DNA from: Octopus vulgaris
Taxonomy: Eukaryota
Assembly: GCA_951406725.2 (NCBI GenBank)
Contig: OX597841.1
Location: forward strand, 18,910,001 to 18,974,000
Length of the DNA stretch: 64,000 nt
Reading direction: 5' to 3'
The translations under genes and the position numbers were made by a program. The notes beneath the pieces were generated by a model, which saw nothing but the letters and a program-made list of their open reading frames with translations, had not been told where the DNA came from and searched no databases. This document shows positions 11,844-25,417 of this stretch, in pieces (within the stretch, counting starts at the first letter, position 1; each line of letters starts with the position of its first letter).

Positions 11844-13999
11844 TGTATGTATGTATGTATGTATATATGTATGTATGTATGTATGAGAAAATAGAGATAA
11901 TTAGACCAATAATAATTTATTAATTACAGAAATAGACATAATTTCTTACAGTTGAATATTAAATATAATATTCAATACTTATTTAAGGTGATAAACCAGT
12001 AAATTCATTGGAATTTATTATCCCTTAATGAAGTATTGAACCTTTAATTAAAACTTCAAAAAACGTAACAAACACAAAAACAACAACGTGAAGACGTGGT
12101 ACATGTAAAGTATTGGCAGGCGCAGGAGTGGCTGTGTGGTAAGTAGCTTGCTTACCAACCACATGGTTCTGAGTTCAGTCCCATTGTGTGGCACCTTGGG
12201 CAAGTGTCTTCTACAATAGCCTCGGGCCGACCAATGCCTTGTGAGTGGATTTGGTAGATGGAAACTGAAAGAAGCCGTTGTATATATGTATATGTATATA
12301 TATGTGTGTGTGTGTCTGTATTTGTCCCCACCCCACCCCACATCGCTTGACAACCGATGCTGGTGTGTTTACATCCCCGTAACTTAGTGGTTCGGCAAAA
12401 GAGACCGATAGAATAAGTACTAGGCTTACAAAGAATAAGTCCTGGGGTCGACATCCTCGACTAAAGGCGGTGCTCCAGCATGGCCGCAGTCAAATGGCTG
12501 AAACAAGTAAAAGAGTCTCTCAGGGAAGAAAAGAAAGATGGTTCACCATTTCGAGCAGAGTTCTTCTTCAGAAACAGAGGAAATTCCAATAGAAAAGGAA
12601 GACAGACGAAGAAAATCACCGATATATATATACACATACGATGGGTTTCCATCTACTAAATCCATTCACAAGCCTGTGGTCAGCCCATGGCTATAATAGA
12701 AGATACTTTCCCAAGGTACCACTCACTGGGACTGAACCCGCAATCATTTGGTTGGGAAGGAAGCTGCTTACTAAACAGTTGCGGAGGCGACGATTTGAAG
12801 AGTTTCTTCAAGGCTTAAGTTGCACACTCGTGATGTTCCGTTGTATGGTGAGGTGTTTTATATAACTGACCAGTGGGTTGTATGCTTGACTCCATTTTGT
12901 TTGAGCCTCTGTGATGATATCGTATTATCAGCCAAAGTGATAATATCGTAAACACAAAAGCAAAACATCGTTTCTGGAATTTAGAAAAAACATTTTGAAA
13001 CGGAATAACATCAACTGCTATTAATATATTGTAGAACAGGAAAGCAACATAAACAAATAAACACATCAAGCGATATTTAGAGTGTTACGCACTACAGCCG
13101 TGTACCATCAGAAACAATTAAAAGATCACCCTGAGAAAAGATCATTTATCTATTCAGACAATGAACGACTAAAGCTGATGGCTGGTTGTGGTTGTAGCTG
13201 CTCTTTGATTGAGACAGCTTTCGAGATTCACATTCTTGTCTGCAATATATATATAGACGTTTATGGATTTGTTTTGTAATATTCCTGATGTGAAATCATG
13301 TGTGAAAAATAGATATTATTATATTTTGGGACGGCCACGTTTTTCTTTTTAAATTGCCAAATAAATACACGCACTGTATATTTGTACTTCCCTCGTTTAT
13401 TACTGCATTTGTTTTATCGTATGTACATTGTCTGGAAATCACACATCTTCAGTGACACCTCTGTCGCAGAAGAGGTCACAGATATATGACGAAAGATTTC
13501 CTGACAACGAGCATAAGATAAAATAAGAACAAAAATAAATGAGTGGAGAATGACTATACAGTGTGTGTGTGTGTGTGTTTATTTGACAAGACAAAAACAT
13601 GACCGTCCCAAAATATAACTATATATATATATAACAATATCACCGTGATCACCATGACCGTCCAGGCTATCAGATGTTGCTACACATCGCTGGTCACAAT
13701 GCACTTCGTATTGTTTTATCCTTCAAATGGCGCCACCCCACTGGCTAAGCGAGCAGGCCAAGAGAAGAAAGAGTGAGAGAAAGTTGTGGCGAAAGAGTAC
13801 AGCAGGGATCACCACCACCCTCTGCCGGAGCCTCGGGGAGCTTTTAGGTGTTTTCGCTCAATAAACACACAGAACGCCCGGTCTAGGAGTCGAAAACGCG
13901 ATCCTCCAACCGCGAGTCCGCTGCCCTAACCACTGGGCCATTCCGCCTCCACATATAAAACAATATATATATTCTACACCGATCTTCTTTCTGTTACAG

Positions 14000-14126
14000 G
14001 AGCCAGTTGACGAAATTGCAAAGATCACAGAAAACCTCCTTGCCAGCATCTTTGAGAAAAATACTCCTTCATCAAAGGTGGATGCGCACCAGCTGAGAAG
14101 GGTATTGAACACCGTGTGGAGAATAG
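14000..14126 (+). CDS. Calpain gene 1 exon, PEF domain EF1: EPVDEIAKITENLLASIFEKNTPSSKVDAHQLRRVLNTVWRI
   Basis: gttacAG acceptor, GTAAGC donor. F.....(E)IDAxELxxILN-like motif. Confidence 0.88.
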
Positions 14127-15595
14127 GTAAGCTCAGGGGTCTGTCTGTTTGTCACCTGCTCCGTGGAGTGATGATGGGATATCGCAGTCATCATCATCAT
14201 CATCACCATCATCATCATTGTCGTCGTCATCGTCATTATCTTCACAGCGAACCCGGAACCATGTGGTTGGTAAGCAAGCTACTTACCACACAGCCACTCC
14301 TGCACCACTCCTGTACAAAATAATTTTAAAAGTAACCGAAAGTGACCTTCCTCATAGCTCACACGCCAAAAGAGCATTTTATTTTGGGTACTGCTCTTTC
14401 TAGTAGCAGCATCTGCCCCTTCTTTGCTTACGGGGGAGTTTTTCATGACTGTTTCCCTTAGGTTGTCAGTTCTATTATAATCACTCCCCTGAGGCCGAGT
14501 TCAATTAATTATATTTTCATCGTTTATGTTAATATTGTTGCTGGAAGCTGCTTACCATACTTGCGATGTGAACGACTATTAGTTTGTGCGAGATTACAAC
14601 TATTTGGAAAAAACAGTCGGAACTGGTGTTTAATAATAGCTAACAGCATAGCCCGGCATTGCCCGGGTATGTAAGAGCCCCTAGTAGGCAACGACTAATC
14701 CCAATCTAGTCCTTTCCCTCTAGGGAACGAAGGCGCATGTGTAGGTTGCAATGTCTTCTCTTCACTCGAATAATTCTGTGTATACGAATGTTTCCAGCTG
14801 TCCCTTTGGGCGATAAAAAGGTCGAGTTGTGTCCCCTAGACAGTTTGTGTTTAATACACAAATCGGTTTGCTATGTGAGCCACATAAGATTTAATTAACC
14901 GATTTTTTCCAGTAATAAAGTATCCTCTTTTTCAGAACTGGGGGAACTTTTCAAAATTTTCGCTGCGTTAGTTTTGAATTATGACATTGGGCTATGTGTG
15001 TCTCAAGTTTCATCAGAATCGGTTGAAAGCCGTGGTCAGGGTGAGGGTACAACCTGACAGACACACAGACACACAGACAGACAAACTGCCGTTTATATAT
15101 AGAGAGATTTTGAGGCGTTTGTTATTTCTAGGAAAGCATCTTTCCAGCGCTGAATAGAACAATATGGGGAGGTTGGAAGGTATCTGATACCTGATGAGAA
15201 TTATGTACCAGTTCGTAGTATCAGAAATATTTTTAGTACGGAACAAACACAGACACACACATGCACACGTCTTTGTGGATTTATGATATATATATATATA
15301 TCACCGTGACCGACCAGGCTATCAGATGGTGTTATACATCGCTGGTCACAATGCGCTTCGCATTCTTTTAACCTTCAAATGATGCCACTCCGCTGGCTAA
15401 GTGAGCAGGCCAACAGAAGAAAGAGTGAGAGAAAGTTGTGGCGAAAGAGTACAGCAGGGATCACCATCACCCCTGCCGGAGCCTCGTGGAGCTTTAGGGG
15501 TTTTCTCTCAATAAACACTCACAACGCCCGGACTGGGAATCGAAACCGCGATCTTACAACTGCGAGTCCGCTGCCCTAACAATTGGGCCATTGCG

Positions 15596-15633
<38 letters not shown>

Positions 15634-15642
15634 ACACACTCA

Positions 15643-15790
<148 letters not shown>

Positions 15791-15860
15791 TACACACACG
15801 TGTGTATTCTGCTTTTATCATTGACAGTGTTCTTTTTTTCTTTTTCTTTTTCATTTCCAG

Positions 15861-15925
15861 ACAAACTGGCTAGAGGTGAAATATTTTCTCTGGAGACTTG
15901 CCGCTGCCTTATTGAGAGATATAAT
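15861..15925 (+). CDS. Calpain gene 1 exon (65 bp): DKLARGEIFSLETCRCLIERYN
   Basis: ttccAG acceptor and FSLETCR calpain motif; followed by the U12 donor GTATCCTTT. Confidence 0.93.
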
Positions 15926-16016
15926 GTATCCTTTCGATGGTGAATGCCGTGTAGGGATTGTATTGGTTGTCAATATCCAACATGTTCATGAAAAAATATA
16001 TACATACAGAGGATAT

Positions 16017-16062
<46 letters not shown>

Positions 16063-16159
16063 CGGGAAGCTTTATGAAAATAAACAAAAGACGAAGGCAG
16101 GTGGAAAACAAACGAACAATTGTATTAGTATGGCGCTCAGGAAATATAAATAAAACAAG

Positions 16160-16197
16160 TCTTTAACGTTTCGAGCCTACGCTCTTCAACAGAAAGA
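16160..16197 (-). ncRNA. Minimal HHR-like motif with CUGUUGA core (family also at ~1501-1535 +, 4851-4887 -, 26889-26925 -, 55769-55805 +)
   Basis: Minus strand TCTTT CTGTTGA A GAGC gtag GCTC GAAA CG TT AAAGA, inside a recurrent ~200-bp repeat. Confidence 0.72.
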
Positions 16198-16429
16198 TAC
16201 ACAGAGAGAGAAAAACACAGAAAGAAGGAGAGAACAAAATGCGTGCAGTAGCTAACGAATCAACATGGCGATCTGATTTCGGCCAGAGGTCAAAGATCAA
16301 ACATGAGACGCGAGAGCGAAATAAGGGGAGATAATAGGGTTGATAAAAGGGTTGAGGGACCAGCTAATAGTGCGTAGGAGGGGTCTGGATGTGTGTATGT
16401 ATAGGGTTGGTGTATGTATTAGTATGTAT

Positions 16430-16464
<35 letters not shown>

Positions 16465-16890
16465 AGAGAGTATTAGTGCGTAGGAATGGTCTGGACGTGC
16501 GTATGTATGGGGTTGGTCGCCCGGCGTTGCTCGGATTTGTAAAGGAAATAACTATGTAAGCATTTTTAGAGAGTTATAGCCAAAAAATAGCAAAAAAATG
16601 CATTAAAAATGGAAAAAAAGATGGTAAATTTTTTTTTTAATCGTTGACTCATCCTAGACATTTTTAGAGAGTTACTTCCCTTATATAATAGCGAAAAAAT
16701 GCATTAAAATGGAAAAAAATTATGGTAAATTATTTTTAAAATCGTAGACTCATCGTAGCTCGATATGAATCACGACTATAAGATACCCGGTTTTGGTTAA
16801 ACTGAACCGCAAAATACGGGAGTAGTTAGGAATCTAAATCGTAGGAGACAGACACAACTTGACTTTTATATATAAAGATATATATACATA

Positions 16891-16949
<59 letters not shown>

Positions 16950-16986
16950 GTATGTATATATATATATGTATGTATATATATATATG

Positions 16987-17022
<36 letters not shown>

Positions 17023-17243
17023 CAATATAGGGTGGCAAAAAAATTTTGTAGAATTCTTTTGCCACCAGCGGCCTAGTAGGAAAAAATTAAATAGTCATAA
17101 ACCATTTTTACGTTCAACATCACAATCAAGGAACGGCCATAATAGGCCATTCACCCACTAGAAATAACAGCCAAAAGCTTTAACCGCAAAATAACATTAA
17201 TACCGTAAACCAGGAGAAAATTGAAAAACTTTTACCCTGTAAT

Positions 17244-17346
17244 TTCTTAGACGATGCACCGTTTCATCTACCGTTTAATGGTAAACTAACCTGATTAAAT
17301 TAAATCAAGCCAATCCACCATAGGCCCTTAGATTCATCAGTAAGAA
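17244..17346 (-). ncRNA. Type I hammerhead ribozyme (copy 1 of array)
   Basis: Minus strand reads TTCTTA CTGATGA ATCT-[long insert]-AGAT GAAA CGGTGCATCG TC TAAGAA: 6-bp helix I, canonical core, GUC cleavage triplet. Confidence 0.9.
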
Positions 17347-17727
17347 ATAGCCAAATCGGAACAGATATTTTTCACGAGGCATTCCTCTTGCTACCTCGGC
17401 AATATCTGACCTAAAATTTTCAAATCGTCGCACTCGCGCCAAATTTATCGGCAGCAAATAAACCACCGATTCCGTTACGGAACTAACCAGAAAATTCATA
17501 ATTAATCAATATAGGGTGGCAAAAAAATTTTGTAGAATTCTTTTGCCACCAGCGGCCTAGTAGGAAAAAATTAAATAGTCATAAACCATTTTTACGTTCA
17601 ACATCACAATCAAGGAACGGCCATAATAGGCCATTCACCCACTAGAAATAACAGCCAAAAGCTTTAACCGCAAAATAACATTAATACCGTAAACCAGGAG
17701 AAAATTGAAAAACTTTTACCCTGTAAT

Positions 17728-17830
17728 TTCTTAGACGATGCACCGTTTCATCTACCGTTTAATGGTAAACTAACCTGATTAAATTAAATCAAGCCAATCC
17801 ACCATAGGCCCTTAGATTCATCAGTAAGAA
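17728..17830 (-). ncRNA. Type I hammerhead ribozyme (copy 2 of array)
   Basis: Same motif 484 bp downstream. Confidence 0.9.
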
Positions 17831-18211
17831 ATAGCCAAATCGGAACAGATATTTTTCACGAGGCATTCCTCTTGCTACCTCGGCAATATCTGACCTAAAA
17901 TTTTCAAATCGTCGCACTCGCGCCAAATTTATCGGCAGCAAATAAACCACCGATTCCGTTACGGAACTAACCAGAAAATTCATAATTAATCAATATAGGG
18001 TGGCAAAAAAATTTTGTAGAATTCTTTTGCCACCAGCGGCCTAGTAGGAAAAAATTAAATAGTCATAAACCATTTTTACGTTCAACATCACAATCAAGGA
18101 ACGGCCATAATAGGCCATTCACCCACTAGAAATAACAGCCAAAAGCTTTAACCGCAAAATAACATTAATACCGTAAACCAGGAGAAAATTGAAAAACTTT
18201 TACCCTGTAAT

Positions 18212-18314
18212 TTCTTAGACGATGCACCGTTTCATCTACCGTTTAATGGTAAACTAACCTGATTAAATTAAATCAAGCCAATCCACCATAGGCCCTTAGA
18301 TTCATCAGTAAGAA
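18212..18314 (-). ncRNA. Type I hammerhead ribozyme (copy 3 of array)
   Basis: Same motif 968 bp downstream. Confidence 0.9.
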
Positions 18315-18482
18315 ATAGCCAAATCGGAACAGATATTTTTCACGAGGCATTCCTCTTGCTACCTCGGCAATATCTGACCTAAAATTTTCAAATCGTCGCA
18401 CTCGCGCCAAATTTATGGCCGTTCCTTTATGGCCGTTCCTTATGGTCGCACTCGCGCCTATTATGGCCGTTCCTTGATTGTG

Positions 18483-18518
<36 letters not shown>

Positions 18519-18561
18519 GTATGTATATATATATGTATGTATATATATATATGTATGTATA

Positions 18562-18626
<65 letters not shown>

Positions 18627-18803
18627 GCACGCACACTCTCTCTCGGACACAGTACTGCTCACATATCGAGGACATGGTTACTGTACGCACGACCTTACCA
18701 CCACCACCAACCACCTCCTCCTCCTCCACCGCACAACAAAACGATAATCTCTAATATATCGCATAATCCACTTGTTGACCTTGACCTTGGCTTTTCTCAC
18801 CAG

Positions 18804-18872
18804 AAATCACGTGATGGATTACTGACTCTGGATGACACAAAGGAATGCTGGGACTTTTTGAACATGTGTCAG
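18804..18872 (+). CDS. Calpain gene 1 exon (69 bp), EF2: [23 protein letters not shown]
   Basis: cacCAG acceptor, GTGACC donor. Aligns to the calpain DxxxSGKLxxxEFKxLW motif. Confidence 0.88.
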
Positions 18873-19227
18873 GTGACCAATGCTTTCATTTTGTTTGGTC
18901 AAATTGTATTATTGACCTACACCACTGTTTATCAAAGCGGGCAGTACTTGGCCCCAGAGGGTGGGGATGGTGGAAGATTTTCTATAGGTTCAAGGGACGA
19001 GGGGGGTGTAGCAGCAAGTGTGGTGGGGATAAATACACGTTTCAATTTTAATTCTTTGTGTGACTCATCAGTTTATATTCTATGCAGGAAATATTAACTT
19101 CGACATTTCATGTTACGTGATTTCATGATACGTGAGGACAGTTTTAAAGGAGACCAATATGGCGGGTGTAATATTGATGGTGAGGGAAGAAAAGATTAAC
19201 TATGTTGAATCTTAGGTAAGGGGAGGT

Positions 19228-19458
19228 GTTGAAAAGTATTAGTAAACGAATAGGGGCCATTGAAAACGTGTTAGTAAAAGAATAGGGGCCGTTGAAAAAA
19301 TGTTAGTAAGAGATTAGAGGCTGCTGAAAAAGTGCTAGTAAAAGAATAAGGGTTGTTAGAAAAGTGTTAGTAAAAGAATAGGGGCCACTGGAAAAGAAAA
19401 AGAAAAAGGAGTGTTAGTAAAAAATGGGGGCCGTTCAAAAAGTGTTAGTAAAAGAATA
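19228..19458. repeat. ~32-bp minisatellite, about 7 copies
   Basis: GTTGAAAAAGTGTTAGTAAAAGAATAGGGGCC consensus repeated imperfectly. Confidence 0.8.
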
Positions 19459-20180
19459 TTTGCAATTCTTTGTTTAATATAACGTGGGTTAGATCCTATA
19501 TAGAAGTATTCCCTGCCCTCTGAGGTAACTTTACATCTGCATACGATAGTTTTATAACTACAATTAGGTTATATTAAGCAAAGACTTTAAATCATTTGAA
19601 TTCGTTTTAACTATATGGGAACAAAACGAATACTACTAGACTTAGCAAACTAATTTGGGCACTAAAAGACTAACAAATTATTTCCCATTGCTTGGAATAG
19701 ATAAAAATAGATGTGGCTTTTGTGGGGAAGAAATGTACCAAATTTTCACTTCTAAATTTACTCTTATAAACACAAGAGAGGAACAGGTTCTAGGCTGTCT
19801 ACACTTGAGAAAATATATGTTTAAACAAATTAAGTAAACACAACTCACCATCTACAGTAATTGTGCTAGTTTCAATAGTGATCGTAATAATTAATGATAT
19901 TAATACAAATAATGATAGGCGCACTTAACAGTATCAGTACTCAACTACAAACATGGCTGATACATATTTGTGCGAGTGGGAAGGTAGAACACCCACAAAA
20001 ATCAGTATTACTTGGAGTTGCAAGAAATATTAAGTAACTCAATCATAGAGACATATGTTGGTCAGTGTTATATACACGGTAGAGAACTTTGCGATAAAAA
20101 AGTTTTGGATACGAATAACTCTCAACTCTCCATTGACTATCAATTATATATAAATATATATATATGCACAAATATATATA

Positions 20181-20223
<43 letters not shown>

Positions 20224-20273
20224 AAATACATATATATATATATACAGATATATATATAAATATATATATACAC

Positions 20274-20349
<76 letters not shown>

Positions 20350-20483
20350 GAGATACATATATATATTTACATATATATGTGTAATTTAATTATATATATA
20401 TATATATATATATAGATTTTCTATATATATATATATATACAAATATATATATGTACATATATATAAATATATATATACATATA

Positions 20484-20540
<57 letters not shown>

Positions 20541-20675
20541 GTATATGTATATATACATATACATATGAGTGCGTGTGTGCGCGCACACTCGAATTTCTTT
20601 GTGAGTGTGTGATATCACTTTCTTATGCCCTATTCTAAGCACCCCCCTCTTTTTCTTCTACTCTTTCTTTTTCAG

Positions 20676-20754
20676 AGACACTTCCGTGTCTGTGACTTGG
20701 ACGAGTCTGGAGCGGTGGACATTCACGAGTTGTTGCCTTATTACGACATCTCCC
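20676..20754 (+). CDS. Calpain gene 1 exon (79 bp), EF3: [26 protein letters not shown]
   Basis: tttcAG acceptor, GTAATT donor. Canonical EF loop [12 protein letters not shown]. Confidence 0.92.
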
Positions 20755-20863
20755 GTAATTATTTTATATTTTGCTTCTTTTCAAATGCCGTGTGTGTCAG
20801 GTGTATACATACATACATACATACATACATACATACATACATACATACATACACACATACATA

Positions 20864-20913
<50 letters not shown>

Positions 20914-21009
20914 CATACATATGTAAATGTAAATGTATGTGCATATGTATATGTATATGTATGCATGTATGTGTGTGTATGTTTGTATCTATCTTACTAT
21001 TTTCTCTCT

Positions 21010-21769
<760 letters not shown>

Positions 21770-22650
21770 AAAAAAGAACGGTGAATGAAGCCGTGTGAAG
21801 GGGTTGCTCAGCCCAGAATTCAGGGGATAAATATTCTTTATTTGTGGACTGAGACTGTTAGCAAAAGTTCCATGTGAATATATCCACTGCATGAACCCCA
21901 TGGTTCTGGGCTCGGTCCCATTGCTTGGCATGTCAAGCAAATGCCTTGGGCCAAACAAGCCCTTCGGAGTTCATTAGGAAAGAAACTGAGAGAAGCCTGC
22001 GTAAGCATGTGTGTATGTATGTGCATGTGTTTGTGTGTGTGTATTCATGTGTGCATGTGTGTGTCTATGTATGTGTGTGTGTTTGTGTGTGTGTATGTGT
22101 GTATATTCATATGTGCATGTGTGTGAATGTATGTGTTTGTGTGTGTGTATTCATGTGTGTGTGTGTGTCTGTTTATACTCCTACCGTTTGACAACATATG
22201 TTGAGATTTTTGTGTCCCCATAACCAGGTGGTTCGGCTAAAAGTGACAATTAGAATAAGTGCCCTGCTTCAAAATACAGGGGTCGATTTGTGCAAGAAGA
22301 CCCTTCGAGGTGGCACCTAGCACGGTCGCAATCCAATGACTGAAACAAGCAAGATATAATTCTCCAAGCCATCACCTTTAGAGTGCTGGTAATTGCGTCC
22401 GTTTTGGGTCGGACTACATGAGATTACTTGATGTTATACGAGACTTGAAAATATATTGCTACTCAGATAAGTGGAGGACAGTCATTTTGAGACATCTTGA
22501 ATTGTTATCTCCCTTGCACGGACCTTGATATTTTGCAAGTATTTGCGTTCACTTCCGATTAAATGCATTGTACAAGAACAGTCATACAACAGACCAGCCG
22601 CCTAATATCGTGTCTACGTATTAATACACTGTGCATCCATCTCTTTACAG

Positions 22651-22767
22651 ACGGTAAACTTAATAAATGTGTTGCAGTCAACATTTGTATCAGATACGCT
22701 GATCAAAATGGCCGTATGTTCTTCGATGATTTCTGCCAGAGCGTTACACGTTTAAGGACGCTCACCA
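22651..22767 (+). CDS. Calpain gene 1 exon (117 bp), EF4: HGKLNKCVAVNICIRYADQNGRMFFDDFCQSVTRLRTLT
   Basis: ttacAG acceptor, GTAAGT donor. RYAD..G.I.FDDF...VRL motif. Confidence 0.93.
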
Positions 22768-23255
22768 GTAAGTTGTCTCCCTTGCTATTTATCCAACGTT
22801 TTGTATCTGTCTCTGTCTCTCTTTCTCTCCTTATTTTTCGCTCTTTCTCCCTATCTCTCTCTCCCCCCCCCCTCTCTCTCTCTCTCATTCTCTCTATCTA
22901 TCTATCTGTCTATCTATTGTCAGTAAATCATAAATCCAAAAATGAAGCACACTCTAAGTTAGAGAACAGTGGAGTATATAGACATGAATGGTCTATGCAG
23001 TTACCCTGGGTTCCACATCCATAAAGCGCTTAGCTTTAAAGCATTTCTTCAGACCCTAGGCCTATAGTTTGACAACCGGTGTTGGTGTGTTTACACCCCT
23101 CCAGCTTAGTGATTCGGCAAAAGAGACCAGTGGAATAAGTACTGGGGTCGATAAGTTCTTCTATCTATCTGTCTGTCTCTGTATCTATCTATCTATCTGT
23201 CTCTCTGACTATCTATCTATTTATCTGTCTGAGTATCTATTTATCTATTTATCTT

Positions 23256-23309
<54 letters not shown>

Positions 23310-23344
23310 GTGTATTTTTTATCTTAATTATGATGTTTATCTCA

Positions 23345-23391
<47 letters not shown>

Positions 23392-23393
23392 AT

Positions 23394-23479
<86 letters not shown>

Positions 23480-23481
<2 letters not shown>

Positions 23482-24660
23482 CCTTGTGACCGCCATCAAC
23501 ATATGGGTTTTTGCTGGAGTCCGCTGTAGTGCACCCATCTTGAGATGCACACAAGCGGAGATTGAACAACTCAATCACACTACCTGGAAGACAATGACAA
23601 TGTATGATTCCCTCCTCCCTAAGACGAATGTACACAGGCCCTACATGGAGTGGGGTAAAGGTGGACGTGGGCTGATTAGCGTAAGGGAGTGCATCAACAG
23701 TGAAAGAATATTTGGTAAACAGCAAAGAAGACCTGCAACAATATGCTGCTAGTGCAGAAGGAGTTGACAAAAACGGACTTGAGAATACTCGTGAATTCCG
23801 AACAAGAAGAACCCTTATCCGCATGGGATTACATGGTCAGTTCCAGCGTGAAACCAACAAATTAAAAGACCAAGAAGCATCGCGGAGATGGCTCAACAAG
23901 GGTGACCTAAAAAAGGATACTGAAAGCTTAATCATCGCGGACAGGACCAGGCTTTGAATACCAACTCAGTGGAAAAGAATATAGACCACACAAGCGCAAC
24001 GGATCTCTGCAGAATGGGTGGGAAGTGACTCACATTGTTAGTGCTTGAGAAAATCTTGCGCAGAAAGAATACAAGCGTAGACACAACAAGGTAGCCCAAA
24101 ACCTCTGCTATTGACTATGCTGTAAGTATGGATATGAGGTTACCGGTGCTTGGTACCAACATACACCAGAAAAGGTAATAGACGAAAAGAAGAAGGCAAA
24201 ATTCCTCTAGGACACTGATTCCCTGACAGACAAAGTGTTAGAGCACCGAAAGCCAGATGTAGTAACCTTTAGGAGGGACAAACAAGAGTGTCTAATAATT
24301 GATGGGGCAGTACCAGATCAACATATCCTGAAAGAAAGAGAAAAGGTTGATAAATATGGAGACCTGAGGGTTGAGATCGCGAAGACGTAGCAGTTACGAG
24401 AGTCGAACATAAAGGTTGTCCCTGTTGTCGTCGGAGTACTGGGTTCAATACCACCCAATCTGAAAAAACATCTGAAAACCTTAGAAATACCCTACGATCT
24501 AGATGTATTGCAAAGTCGGTATTACTTGGAACTGCACGCATATTGCATAAAGAAGTGTCTGTGAGAGGGTCTTCTTGTGACTTGACAAACGGTGCAAACC
24601 CCCAGCAGACACAATATCTTCAATCAACAACCTCACGATATTGTATACTGTGCAACATCT
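23480..24660 (+). mobile_element. RLE-type non-LTR retrotransposon 3' fragment (R4/Dong-like), decayed
   Basis: GGRGLISV, LHGQF, WLNKGDLKKDTESLIIA, HIVSA..LAQKEYKRRHNKVA, KPDVV..IDGAVP..KVDKYGDL, LLGTARIL; ends in a long (TAA)n. Confidence 0.85.
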
Positions 24661-24784
24661 ATAATAATAATAATAATAATAAATAATAATAATAATAGTA
24701 ATAAGTAATAACAATAATAATAGTAATAAGTAATAATAATAATAATTATTATTATAAGGAATAATAATAATAATAATAATAATG

Positions 24785-24839
<55 letters not shown>

Positions 24840-24841
24840 TG

Positions 24842-24882
<41 letters not shown>

Positions 24883-24965
24883 TAATAATAATAATATTAA
24901 TAATTAATAATAATAATAGTAATAATAATAATAATAGTAATAAGTAATAATAATAATAGTAATGA

Positions 24966-25004
<39 letters not shown>

Positions 25005-25026
25005 GTTAATAATAATAATAATAATA

Positions 25027-25068
<42 letters not shown>

Positions 25069-25144
25069 AATAATAATAATAATAATATAATAATAATAAT
25101 AATAGCAATAATAATAATAATAATAATAATAATTAATAATAATA

Positions 25145-25186
<42 letters not shown>

Positions 25187-25342
25187 GTAATAAGTAATAA
25201 TAAAGAAGAAGAAGAAGAAGAAGAAGAATTAATAATAATAATTAATAATAATAATGATAATAATAATAGTAATAAGTAGTATTAATAATAATAGTAATAA
25301 TAATAATAATAACAATAATAATAATAATAATTAATAATGATA

Positions 25343-25415
<73 letters not shown>
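24660..25415. repeat. (TAA)n microsatellite, ~750 bp, with an internal strand flip near 25030-25065
   Basis: Seen directly. Confidence 0.97.

Positions 25416-25417
<2 letters not shown>

Larger units (their letters stand above)
17021..18484 (-). mobile_element. Retrozyme-like tandem array: ~2.9 x 484-bp near-identical units, each with a hammerhead ribozyme, plus a scrambled/inverted 5' end
   Basis: Units start at 17021, 17505 and 17989. 18414-18484 holds inverted copies of the unit segment ATCACAATCAAGGAACGGCCATAATAGGC. (TA)n-rich flanks on both sides; no credible ORF. Confidence 0.9.
15926..18803 (+). other. U12-type (minor spliceosome) GT-AG intron of calpain gene 1
   Basis: 5' splice site GTATCCTTT at 15926-15934. 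Branch point CCTTGAC at 18779-18785 with the A about 19 nt before CAG at 18801-18803. Splicing gives an in-frame EF2 loop. Confidence 0.9.

Noticed and set aside
17305-17499. 64-aa ORF repeated in each 484-bp unit
   Set aside because: Short, with no recognisable motif; it recurs only because the unit is duplicated and it overlaps the ribozyme.
19228-19458. Regular ~32-bp repeats as a possible CRISPR array
   Set aside because: Head-to-tail units without unique spacers, eukaryotic intron context, no cas genes.
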